Below are positions 1 to 13,625 of a DNA stretch of 64,000 bases, in pieces. Position 1 is the stretch's first letter. Each line of letters starts with the position of its first letter. Both the position numbers and the translations under genes were made by a program. The DNA is from Chrysomallon squamiferum (lineage: Eukaryota > Animalia > Mollusca), in NCBI GenBank assembly GCA_012295275.1, contig CM022672.1, forward strand, positions 5,394,001 to 5,458,000, given 5' to 3'. The notes beneath the pieces are model-generated. The model was not told the DNA's origin. It was given only the letters and a program-made list of their open reading frames with translations, and ran no database searches.

Positions 1-1294
1 AAGGAAAAGCAATACCTGCATTGCAGCCACGAAAAGTTATAGTCCACAATATTGAATGTGTGGAGTTTTCACCCCCTTTCTTTACACTAGGTTAGTTATG
101 TTTGAATTTTGTTAAAATACCTTCTTAAATAGCCTCAAGTTATGACAGTATTATTTGAAATGTGAAACAAACCTTTACTAATAATAAATATAATAATAAA
201 ATAAAAACACTGAAGAGGAGGCTACTATTTTATTTATTATAAATGTTTTAAAAATATTTTAAATTTTTTTAATTTTTTAATTATTATTCACTTCATATAC
301 TGAAATGTGCAAAATTATTAGATGTTAAAATTAGTAGTATTTATTTATGTACATTAAGTCCTTTACAAAAAACAGTTGTTAATATTTAATTTTCATTACT
401 TTATTCTAAACTATTATTGAGAGTTATTCACATTAAATCTTCAATTTTTTAAAGCAATACATTCAGGAAGTGGATTTTATGTTCGAAGACTAATAGATGA
501 TCTTGCTAAAGGTATCAGAATTTTAATATTTATATTTTATGAAAAACATCTGAATATCTTATGGAGCTATGTTTTTCTATTCTTTTGCATTTTATTTTAT
601 TTTATTTTTTTTCCAATTTAATCTAAATACTTAAATCAAAACAGAACCCAAAACTATTATATATTTTAAACAAAAATCAAATAAAATGTACTAAATATAA
701 TTATTCAAGTTACAGAAAAATATTTATTAAAATATTTTCTTTTTCTGAATCTTTCAAAATGTGTACCATATTTACTTGATTTCTGGTTTTTGGTTATTTT
801 CCTGGATTATTTAGAAAAAGAATTTAAAATAATAACAACTCAAGATCAGATATATTCCTTAAATGGAATTTGATAGTCAATTAGTTTACTCAGGTTGTGG
901 ACAGAATTAAATTGACATTGTAAATAACTAGTGTTGATATTTGTAAAGAAAATTTTATTACAGCTGTTTGATTTTATCATAAAAATAAGTGGCTGTATAT
1001 ATGTGTTTATAATTTTTTGTTTTGTTTTTATAAAACTGTGTGTATGTGCGTGTGTGTTTAAAAAAATGTTTTGTTTTTATAATGCATTCTGTGTCTCTGT
1101 GTGTATTTATAATGTTTTGTTTTGTTTTAGAATTGGACACCTGTGCTCACGTGTGTGAATTAGAAAGAACTGAACAGTCACCTTTCACCCTTGAAGACTG
1201 TCTTACAGAAGATGACTGGACACTTCTAGATATCAGAAGAGCAATTCAGTTAACTGACCAGTACAAACCAAATAAAATAAAAAGAAAAGCATGA
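1..1294 (+). CDS. TRUB1: tRNA pseudouridine synthase TruB family member 1, last three exons (5' truncated by window)
   Basis: Exons <1-90, 455-511 and 1131-1294 with GT-AG junctions splice in frame to GKAIPALQPRKVIVHNIECVEFSPPFFTL-AIHSGSGFYVRRLIDDLAK-ELDTCAHVCELERTEQSPFTLEDCLTEDDWT...*. This matches the TRUB1 C-terminal pattern [36 protein letters not shown]. Confidence 0.9.
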
Positions 1295-2394
1295 TTTCAA
1301 CAGAAAATTTCAAAAACAATTTAGTGAACAAAAAAATTATTTTACTTCAATGACTGCATTAAAACTTTTGTGATGTTTTGCTGAATTCCTGTTTCTTGAA
1401 GAATTGTGCAAATAAACTTGTTTTTAAGATCTAAGTTTTTGAAATACATGCACGTAATTTTAATTTAACAACAGAATCATCCAATTCTATACTATTATTT
1501 GATGTATATTGTTAATTTTATTTTTTGAATTTTTGTTTTGTTATCTGTTTGTTGTTGTTTATTTTTATTTTTTTCTGGGATGAATACAAAACTAAATAAA
1601 AGTAAGAATGATAATTTTTTTATTTTGAAATAAATAAGCATTCATAATTGATAAATTTATACATTTTTATATAATACATTAGAACGTAATTTAACAATTG
1701 AATTCTGACAATAAATCTATGACAATCTGTAGTGTGTGTGTGTGTGTGTGTGTGCGTTTTTAAATTTATATATTTTAAATAGAGAGACCATACACTTGGC
1801 CAAATGAAATAGTTCCTGAAAAGGAATTTTTGATAACACATTGAATTTCAAAGCTGAAAATGTAGCTATGTGCAAATACTTTCAAAATGAGTAATTTTAT
1901 TATTATTTTAAAAAATTTAAATTCTTTTTAAACTACATTTTTTTCATTTAGTGATGAGTATTGATGGCCAAAATCTTAAACATTCAATTTAAAATGTATA
2001 AAATAAATAATCACAACAACAATAATATACAATCACATACAATTATTTAGAAATATGATACACTTCCACCAATGATAAAATTAACAATTGCTTAACATTA
2101 CAAAATTTTCTAATAATTCATTAATTTATATTTTTTTACAAATATATACAGAACACATTTATTTCTATTTAATAATACTATGATTTATTTGGGTAGACTA
2201 ACTTTTTTATATGTACAAGTCTGATGAATATTTTCTAATTTTCTGAAAATTACACCAATAATTTCTCAGCTGTTCCTACATTGTATTTTCTAATATAATT
2301 AATGTCTTTAAAATGTTTAACAAAATCTCATAGATTTTTAGAAATATTGATAATAAATCTTAATCAAAATACAAAATCATTTTGAATGACTCAC

Positions 2395-3133
2395 ACATTT
2401 TCCCCTTAAATAAGATATTAATGACAAAGTAGTGTACAAATATCACCTTCAGGGTACTGATGATACTTATTAATCTGATCACTATGATTGGAAAATGGTG
2501 TAATTTAATTAAAATGGAATATTTAATTTATAAATGACCAAATAGAGCAGTAAAATTGTATATTATGTACAACACAAAATGCTGTAATCATTTATAATCG
2601 ACAGGAAAAAAAAAAATATAAATGAAAATGAATAAATCACAGTGAACAAAAATTATTCAATTATACTGAGTGTTGAATTATAATATATAAAAAATAAGTT
2701 AAACCTTCACTTAAATGTACACATCTTTTTAGGTGATTTTATGTACCTAAAACTAAAACAAAAAACATTTTCCCCTTAAATAAGATATTAATGACAAAGT
2801 AGTGTACAAATATCACCTTCAGGGTACTGATGATACTTATTAATCTGATCACTATGATTGGAAAATGGTGTAATTTAATTAAAATGGAATATTTAATTTA
2901 TAAATGACCAAATAGAGCAGTAAAATTGTATATTATGTACAACACAAAATGCTGTAATCATTTATAATCGACAGGAAAAAAAAAATATAAATGAAAATGA
3001 ATAAATCACAGTGAACAAAAATTATTCAATTATACTGAGTGTTGAATTATAATATATAAAAAATAAGTTAAACCTTCACTTAAATGTACACATGTTTTTA
3101 GGTGATTTTATGTACCTAAAACTAAAACAAAAA
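2395..3133. repeat. Near-perfect direct tandem duplication, about 370 bp x2
   Basis: ACATTTTCCCCTTAAATAAGATATTAATGACAAAG starts at both 2395 and 2765. The differences seen are one A in a homopolymer and one C/G substitution. Confidence 0.95.
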
Positions 3134-3841
3134 ATTTTTATTTTAACAATCAAACAAAGGAATGCACCCTTAAACCTGTAACAATAATATTGGTAGTCTC
3201 TCTTTTTTTTTTTTTTATTTTTTTAAATTTTCTAAATCTCAAGCCATTGTAAAATGTCTGTAAGAATGGGGTTTGAGATCATAGTAATTTAATAGAAATA
3301 CAATTTTGAAAATAGACTAGGGACTGATTCTATTAAATACAACTTAGCAGGTAAATAAAGCTAAATTGAAACTTAAGTTCAAAATGGCTTGAATGTGTTA
3401 AGTCAGATGTACATGGCATTTCTCTGAAAGACAATAGTAGGATGAAAAGCAAAAATATAACTGAACACTTATATTTTATCTGTAATTCACTTATCAGGAA
3501 ATATTAGATTTTCTTTGTAACATTTAGCACTTTTCAGTGACTGACTTATCTAAAAGCCTGTTTTCCTTCTCTTCAGGTGAAAATGTATTGAGAAAATCAA
3601 ACCCAGCATCATAAACTCAATATCTGTGAACTACCTATTTCTTAGATCTCCATGTGACTTTATAAAATATATTTTTTATTATTTACAAAAAACTGGAATC
3701 TTTTCATCAGTGTAACCATTACAAGACATTTCCACAATTTACTTTGATTAGAAAATTAATTTTTTTATAAATTGTTTTCCTCTTTGTCAAAATAACCTGT
3801 TAACATATTATCTTCAAATAAAACATGTTGTTGTTGCTGAA

Positions 3842-6800
3842 TCATGTGAAAAGTATTTCAACTTCCTTCAAGAATTGCTCTCCTTTATCTCCTGCAAGTC
3901 CACAGTAGTATTCAGCAGCTTTTCTCAGTCCAATGTTTGTCAGAAAGCGAGCATACTCCAGAAACACAGCTTCTATCAGAGATGCTGTAGTAGAGATAAA
4001 AAGATAAATATTTTGTAATTGTATTCATTTTTACATGATCTAGAAAAAATTATTGCAAAATGATATTTCTTAAAACCCATTTTAATAAACTTTTAGTGGC
4101 TAAGGATTTAATTTTGAATTCTGTGAAAAAGTCATCGCAAAAATTCTGCTCCGTCTGTAATAACATTTATTTTCTTTTTTTCCTTTAAGGATTCTTTTAA
4201 CTAGGATGAAACAGTTAAGTTATAAATAATACGACTGAAATAAGAATCCAGTTTAATGCCCATGACCAGATCAATAATAACTAAGGATAATTCAAAGGAT
4301 AGATGTCGTTTATAGCATACTTTTTAACATAAACACACAGGCTGCAAACAAAACTTGTTGTGCTGGTTTGATTCAATGTATCTGAATTTCCTTCACACCT
4401 GTATAACATATATATCATATAAATTTAACAGAGATATTGTAACAAACCTGTTTCTGAATTTTTTTCCAGCACACCAAACTCGAGACAAGCTTCAATGAAG
4501 CAGGCAGCACTGTCAAATGCTCTCATCCCATACAACATCTCTAACACTTTAGCAAACTGGCCCAGTGACAACAGCACAAGAAGAGCCTTGCTCTGGAAAG
4601 AAAAATAACTGAATAAATATTCATTTAAAAAAAAAAAAACTTTTAATAGAGAAAATGAAAGAAAAAATGTTTTATTTCATGACACATTTTTAATCTTTAA
4701 GCATAATACACATGATTAAGAACCACAGAGAAAATAAAGAAACATGATGCCATAATAGAATGGCTAATCTTTTTCATTAAGTAAACATGTAAACACTGAA
4801 AAAAAATGTTACAGATATAAATTAGATTAAATATCCCCAAGCATATTTATACAACTGATGCTTTACAAAGGTGGATTTTAAATTTGTTCTGAACTGCAGA
4901 CTACACTAGATAAAAGAGATAAAGAAGTAATGGATGAAATAATTTCTTACCTTGTGGTTCACCTGTGTGCTGCAGAGGTGATCAGCCCAACGTTTGATGA
5001 CTTCGGAGCACTCAGAAAAATTTAGACTTGACTACAAAATTTTAAAATACAAGATAAAAACTATCTACTGTTAAAAACAACATCGTTTCAAATTAATTAT
5101 ATTTTATGTTAACTAATGCATGTGGTATAAAAGAAATTGAAAAAAACAAAAAAAATAGGTGAAAAGAAAAATCTGTTAAATACATTTTCAATTCATTTCT
5201 CTATTTTTATTTTTATTATTATATAAAAAATATTTTAACCCCAAAATTAACTTTAATAAAGACTATTATACATGTGACAATTAATAACATTGATAAATAT
5301 TCCTGTACCTTTGCCAGCCAAACTGCTTTGTCCCACGATCCATATGTCTGTAAATATCTACAAGCATCCAAACCTTTGTCTATCAGACATAACAACTGAA
5401 CACCTTCTGCAAAGATATTTCAATTATATATAAATATTTAACAGTGTTTTTAAATATATTCAAGTTTTGCAGTTAATCAGAAAACACCAAAGGGCACAAC
5501 AGTAATAAAGTAGATGATTAATGATAGTACTATAACACACAATGGAATAAATAATAACTAAGACTGAATAAAAAGCTGATTTTACAGATCACTTGAAATT
5601 CTTTTACTCTGATTTTCTAGGAAGTTGACAGCAGGTTATATCGTGGTTTCTCTCTAATTATGTCTACATGTGAACTCTAATTTTTCTGATATTATCCACA
5701 GACTCAAGATGAAACACCTTACCTGAAAGTTTTCCGTTGGCTATCAGATTAGTTGCCACAAGTTTTATTGTGCTTTGAGAAGCTCCGGATGAACGAATAC
5801 TTGCCACCAAACATGCTCTATAAAAAAAATATTTTCTTAAATTAAACTACTTTTTTAAAATTATTTTACTTATCAAAACTAGTTATATTAAAGAAGTTAA
5901 TACTTAACTCTTTGGACTGACAGTCCAGCAAAGAAACATGACAAAGATTGCTTTTATTAGAAGGTAGGCTTATTGTACAGTTATATGACAGTCTGTTTCT
6001 TGACTTTTGTGTTAATTTAAAGATGGCTTGAGTCCTAATTATTAAAATCTATTAACTTCCACTTTAATTTTTCTTAAAGTCAAAAAGACAAAACAAATTT
6101 AGTCATTAAGCAACTATTTTCTAATAAACTATATCCTAATAAAACACCTAAATTTATATCAAACTTCATAAAAGGTTAAAAAAAAAAACCCCAGACATTA
6201 AAATATTTTCTGAACCATCACCTTTGCAACATAATTTAGATTTATGTTACGGAATTATGATAATAAAATAAACACTTGTTTCTGGTCTTTAAATAATCTA
6301 TACGCCCATTCTGTATCAAACAGTATAGCTGTTAGGATTTTTATTATTTTATTTTTACATTAAGGGATGTTTTTTGTTTTTTTTCAACAGCTCACCTTAG
6401 ACTGTCTATGTAATAGTTTTCATTTTCAGCCTCAGTTTCAAGCAGCAGCTGTACAGCGCGGTCAGTCTGACCCAACAACATGTAGGTCTCCGCACATTTC
6501 TGTGTGTGTTCATATGTCGATCGTTTGCTGTCATGGAGAGATACTCTGTCCAGCTGGTATTTCTGTACAAACAGGATGGTGTTTCTTTGATTCAGTTATA
6601 TCTTCAACAGTTTATGATTATAGATTATAAATATTCAGTAAGTACTTATGGTTAATATAAATATACATTCTTAATTATATTATTGATGGTTCATAATTCA
6701 TTATGAATCTTGAATCATAACTGCCATCAGTTGAGGATTATAAAATCTACATTTTCAATTATATCGCAAGTGTTTTATAAATTATAAATTTTGAATCGTA

Positions 6801-7077
6801 ACTGCCATTAATATATGATAATAAAATATAAGTTTTAATTTATATCTTCAATGGGTTTTTTAATTATAAATTCCTATTACATTATCTTAAACTGTATACA
6901 TTTTTTTAAATTATATTATCAATTTATGATTATAAATTATAAAATTCATTATAAACTTTTAATCATATTACCATCTGTTTATTTCTTCCATGATTTATGA
7001 TGTTTAAATTATTAGAAATTATATCAGTTTATTAAAAAAATATATTTTGATTGCTTTGAATCTTATTTCATGTTTTA

Positions 7078-7137
<60 letters not shown>

Positions 7138-10100
7138 GTAACAATAACATAACAATAATAATTAATAATAATTTATAAAAATAATAATGATGATGGTAAT
7201 AATTATAATGACAATAAGTACTCAAAAATAATTTTCCTTTACTTTAAAGCTCCGATTGTCAACAACAGCATCATAACATCTTTCAAGAGGCTGGTCTTTG
7301 AAAAGCTGCATTAGAATTTTCTTTTTCTCAATTTCCTCAGGATTATCTAACAAAACCAGATCATTGGCTTCCTTGTAGCCTGGAGTGTGAGGAACAAACA
7401 TGTCTCCACAGTCACCGTGTGAAGTAACCTGAGTGGTAGTCTATTAAAAAAAAGTGTTTGATTTAATAAAAAATATAGTAGCATGGAGTAAAATGTAGTA
7501 AAATATAGCAAAATGTATCCCCAAAAATGTCTGTAACAGGATTTTGAATTTAATCCTAAATGTATTTCTTAATAAATAAATAAATAAATAAAATAAATAG
7601 ATAAATAAATGTGAATAGTATATCTGAATGTGTCAAAAATGACTTTGGCAGATATCTGATTTAAGGAAATGGCAAAACTATCACTGGATATAACTTCAAA
7701 AATGAGAGAACTTCATTATTTAAAAAGAATTTAAACAAAAAACAAAACAAATATCTACTTTTAATATTAATGATTAATAGATATTAGTTACATCATCAAG
7801 AAAAAAGAAACCACAGTTTATTGTCTAATTAGTGACAAAGTATTCCTTATGTACACCTTCCTATAGACAATGAAACACATATCGCAGGCCTTTTGCTAAA
7901 CCAGTCACTGGACTTTTTTTCAAATAAAAAATGAATTAAGACATTGGTCATTAATTATAAATCCTTTATCACTGAAGATAACAACAGAAGACATTTTTAG
8001 CACATAACATTAAAAACAATACCAGAAACAAAGAAAGCTTATAATAAATAAGCCAGATGTTTTATAAGATTTAGTTTCCATAATATGTGAAATGTTTACC
8101 TTGTTTGACAGATGAGTCCTGGCTGATCTCAAATAATGAAGTGCGACTGTCCAGAAATGTAATTCTGATTCGTCTCCAAATATTCTGAAATATCATGTGT
8201 ATGTCTTAGTACAGAAAACTTTTATTATTATTATTATTTTATTTTATTTTATTTTTTAAATCTTATTATTATTTTCAAATGAATCACTCATATTCTAAAT
8301 CCTAACTTATTATGTCGTTTGTTAAAAAACACCTAATATTTGATAATAATAAAGAATGAGAAAAATAAAATAAACGTGTGAGAATGCACAGAGGATGAAA
8401 CTGTTTCTTGTTGTGTGGCATCACTTCAAATGTATAAAGTTTTAAATATCTCTAGGAAATTAGTAATGACTGAAGAAAGTGTCCCATTTAAAAAACGAAA
8501 TAAATAAACCTACATATGAAATAGCATCAAAATACAAGGAATAAATATTAGTTTGAAATAGCACAATCAGCAAAGATCTTTCATATCATTCCAGAACACG
8601 AAAAAAAATGATCAACTGATAGTAAACAACATAACATTAAAAACTATATTTGTTCCTAACATGTAATAATAATAATAATAATAATTAAGCATCAAGAAAA
8701 ATAAACCAATCAGACATAACATCACCTACAGTTCTGTGTTTGTTTTCAAAGTTTAATTTTCTGTTTTACTAGTAAAATAAATTGAATACCTGGCTGTCAA
8801 AAGGCATCTCTGTGCTGTACCAAACTGACAACTGCATAGATAATCTAGTAAACCACTTTGTTGAAGAAAACAGAAAAAAAAATATTTAAATATCAAATGC
8901 AGATAATACCCAGTAATTTATCATTTGAATTAATTTTTTAATGATTATATTTAAAACAGAAGATAATGTAACACCAGGGTAATTTTCATTAAAAAAAAAA
9001 AATACTGATACTGTATTTGTTCTTTCTTCCAAGATTAATAAATACTTTTGTTGGTTACAATATAAAGTATCATTTAATATTAATGTGAAAGATATTATTA
9101 AAATAACATAAAAGGACAATTCTCTATCAAGTTGTAAAAAATGAATATTTCAAAAACAAGATTATATCTATCATTTAACTTGTTAGTATTGTAATAACTA
9201 TTTGTGCTACTAAAAACAGTTCTAGTTAGTATTTGTACATGTAATAGTATTAATTTCCATAATAGTAATGATAGGAGACACTATAGTAGAAAAAAGCAGC
9301 AGCAGTGGTATAGTGACAGTAGTAGCTGTAGTGAGAACAATACAACAGTTGTGGCTATAAACAATGAATAAACAACAAATAAAACTGGTTTTGTTGATGA
9401 AATCATTAAAATACTATGGAGACGGTACCTATCTATTAGATGTAGCTGTGAATTGACAGCTTTCTGAATCTCCTGGTCTTCTTCTCTCATTCCTTCTAGC
9501 TCGAAGCAGAACTCTTCAATCCAACGCTGATGCTGTAACAAACACTTGAGGATCTGGGAGGCTTTTGGTGGTAAAAGGTAAGGACATAGCAATGGATCTG
9601 TATTTAAAAGAAAAATGTTAAGCACAAATATTTTTAAACTGAGGAAATATTTGATAATTTGATCTGTTTACATGACAAAAGATATGAGCAATAATATTTT
9701 TGTTATATAGAAAGATGGATATTGTAATTTATCTGCATTCAACATTTAAGAAATAGAAAGGCACAAATATTAAATACAAATATTTCACACTGGGGGAGTA
9801 TTTGATGATATGATCTGTATTGATGACAAAAATTTATAAGCATAAATAATGTTTTCTCTTGTTTTTTTTGTAGAAAGTTTTTGTTGGACACTGTAATTTA
9901 TCTGCATTCAAAATTTACAAAAAATATATGAAGGCACAAATATATGTACAAAATATAAAAAATAGCAATGTTGTACAAATATATAAATTATGCAGATAAA
10001 ATACTATTCCATGAAATATACTGATGTAATATAAATCTGTTACCTTGGAGATCCCACTGATCAATACTGCAACTGGCAACCTTCAGGGCAAGGTCAAACA

Positions 10101-11669
10101 CATGAACACACCCAGCAGTGGTAACAAGACAGGGGCGATCTGACCCTGCCCACTCAGCATCCACTATTTTAGCAACATCCTTCGGGCTCTTGATGGAGTG
10201 GACAACTTCAGACTAAAATAACAAGTACAACAAATGAAATTTTTTAAGTATTCAAACAATATATGTGAATAAGAATGATGAAAAGAAGATAAATACTTGT
10301 ATTTTTAAAATATATATTATGTATATGTGTGTATGTGTATAAATAAATATATATGTGTGTGTGTGAGAGTGTCTACATGCATGTATAGATGTATGTGTGT
10401 GTGTTTAAATTTTTTTTTAAATTAGTCTGAATTTCAAAAATATTTAAAAAAATAAATTAATAAAGCAAAAATGAAAAACAACAATCAGTTTATGAGGAAC
10501 TTGGAAAGGGTTATATAATATGTCTGTAGTATAAAAAAGATGAGCAAATAACAACAAAAGAGTAACAAATATGACAGACTAAAAGATAAATAGCTAAAGT
10601 TTTTGTTTAAACTGAAACACACTCACTTTTCCGTCTTGATTTATGTCCCATATGACAATGCCATCATTGTGCAGAGTGAAAAACTTGAAGTTTTCTCTGC
10701 CAGGAGCAAAACGAATCTTCTTAATCCATCCTCTACTGGAAGGTGTTGTCCTGGCAAAATAAAAAAAATAAATAAAGAAAATGTAATGAAAATCTACGAA
10801 CTTAATATAAAATAAATAAAAGCTTTTATGCATTTAAAAAAAACCCACCTGAAATTACTTAATAAAGATAATGTAATGAAACTCTAGAATTTAATATAAA
10901 ATAAATAAATGCTTTTATGCATTTAAAAAGAAAAACCTGAAATTACTGAATGGAGTATTACTAGAAGTTAAACAAACCTTGATATCTTAGCTTTGAGGTC
11001 CCAAAGACACTGAGTGCCATCCACGTCACCAAACAAGAGAAAGTCACTTTTCCAAGCCAGGCAGGTAACTGTGCTTAAACCACTCTAAAAGTAAAACACA
11101 TCAAAACTACACAGTGACTAAGTTACTGTGGATATATAAAGACAGTAAGTGAATCCAAATAAACATACTTGTGTTGCAGTGTGAAAATAACAACACAAAA
11201 ACAATGGATTCTTCATCTTTTTACAGAAAGAAAAATTAAATTAAAACAATTAATTTCCAGACGGATATAAGAAAAATAATTCATTTTAGCTTGGGTAATT
11301 TCTAAAATGGAAACTCTCATTTTAAATTTCTTCTCATTAAAAATTTAGTTTTTTTTCCTGAATTATCTATATTATTTACAATTTTAACAACATAATGAAT
11401 AAATTTATTTCATCTGCAATCATATTAATACCAAGAATAATATAATTTAGAAAGAAAGAACCACAAAGCTCAGCATATTGTGACTGAAAATAAATATTGT
11501 GCTGTATTACCTCTGGTGGTATCTTGGTCACATCAGAAACCATATTGCCTTCGACAATGAAGTGGAAAACTGTTCCATCCTTGTCAGTCATCACAAAATG
11601 TTCACGAACTGATGTTTTTGTCTGATTCTTTTTCTCCCTGCAACAGACACCATTCATCTTCAATTTTAC

Positions 11670-11706
<37 letters not shown>

Positions 11707-13588
11707 GAATTTAAAACTATTTTACAAAGAAGGCTTAGATAAATATATCTTAATGAAATTAGTACAAACATTACTTGTTAGTATATACATATGATAACTT
11801 CCTGCATTTACACTCAAAATCAATAAATATATAGGTAAACACACAAAAATACATACATAAACTAACTCTGATAAGTTTTAAAAATATACTTGAACATTTT
11901 AAATGACCATTTTTCATTTATTAAAAAAAGTACTTTCAGCAGTTGCAGAATTCAAAATGAGGCCTACTTGCTGTGTTCTGATGATGATGTGTTTGGGTCT
12001 CCAGAGTCACTGGGTCTAATCCCAGCCATGTTCTTATCTGATTCTTCGCCACCACTTTCCAGTAATTTCTTTTTCAAAGTCTTTGTACTGTGTGATGGAG
12101 ACCATACCTAATTAAATATTAGCAGGTCAGTTTCTAGTACATCAAACTGATTTGTATGTCTGTATATATATATATATGTATATGTATGTGTGTAAATGTG
12201 TGTCACTGTGTGTATATACATATGTATCCAAGAATATATTTTCATTTCTGATTATGTGTGTGTGTGTGTGTGTGTGTGTGCATATAAATTTCCTTTTAAA
12301 TTAGTCTGAATTTTGGAAATATACTACATATTCTTCTAAAAAATAAAAATAAAGTAAAAATGAAAAAAAAAAAAAAAATTTGAGCAACTTGGAAATAGTT
12401 ATATAATATGTCTGTAGTATAAAAAAGCAGGGCACATAACAACAAAAGAGTAACAAATATGACAGACTAAAAGATAAATTGAATATACGGATATGTGTAT
12501 ATGTATACATTCAGATTTTTTTTCCACAATATAATCTAAACTTTGTATATGTAAAACTACCACATAAACAGAGAAATGCTTGCAAGTAAATTAGTAAGCA
12601 TGCACCTACATTTTTACAGACACACCCTCACACACACACACATACATCTATACAAACAAACAGCTTTATCCTATATACCACTATTATTTATTGTTACAGA
12701 AACAAAATCTGTAGTATTATTTGCAGAAAATATCTCAATATCATGGAAAAAATATATGTAATAATAATAATAATTTTAAAATAAATAAATAAAAACATAT
12801 TTCAAGCAATGAAACATTTTAAAATTATTTTCTAATGGAATAACCACTAAAGAGGCAATAGAACATACAGCAGCAGTTGGTCTGGGGAAAGATCTGGGAA
12901 GTTCTCTTATAATGGTGAAAGATTTCAAATCCCACAACTCTAGAGGTTTGTCTTTAAATGACAGCACAAAGAACTGTCTGAAGAAAATAAAACAACAAAA
13001 CCCATTAATTTCTTTTAAATATCTTTTCATAAAATTAAGACACTTTAACACTGAGAGCTTTCTTTGTTAATTAGGAATTCTGCTAAAATAGACTACATAT
13101 ACATATGCAGATTATTATTATGTGTATTATGTTTATTATAATTATCATTATCAAGATCATTATCATCATCATTATCATCATCATCATCTTCATCATAATC
13201 ATTTTTAGTCACTGTCTCATAAAAAAAAATGTCTTTCCTTCTAAATTCTAGTTAAACATAAAAATAAAAAAACAAACAAGCCAGTCTTTTATTCTGGGAA
13301 AAACTATTTTTAAAAGACTTAAATAAAATGGTTTTGACATAATATTTAAAAGTCTCACTTGAGGTGTGAAATCTGCAGTGACTCTATTGGCGATTCCTCG
13401 TCACGGTGCTGTCGGATCTGTGTCACTTTTCCTGAAATAACATCAACTTGTTTCATTTTACTATAACATTTATCTCAAATAAACACCATCATACACCCTA
13501 GTTTTAGATATTACTAACCCCAGAATATATTACAAATTAAAACTGTATGACAATTTCATTTTGTCATTATTATCTTTATGATTATTTC

Positions 13589-13625
<37 letters not shown>

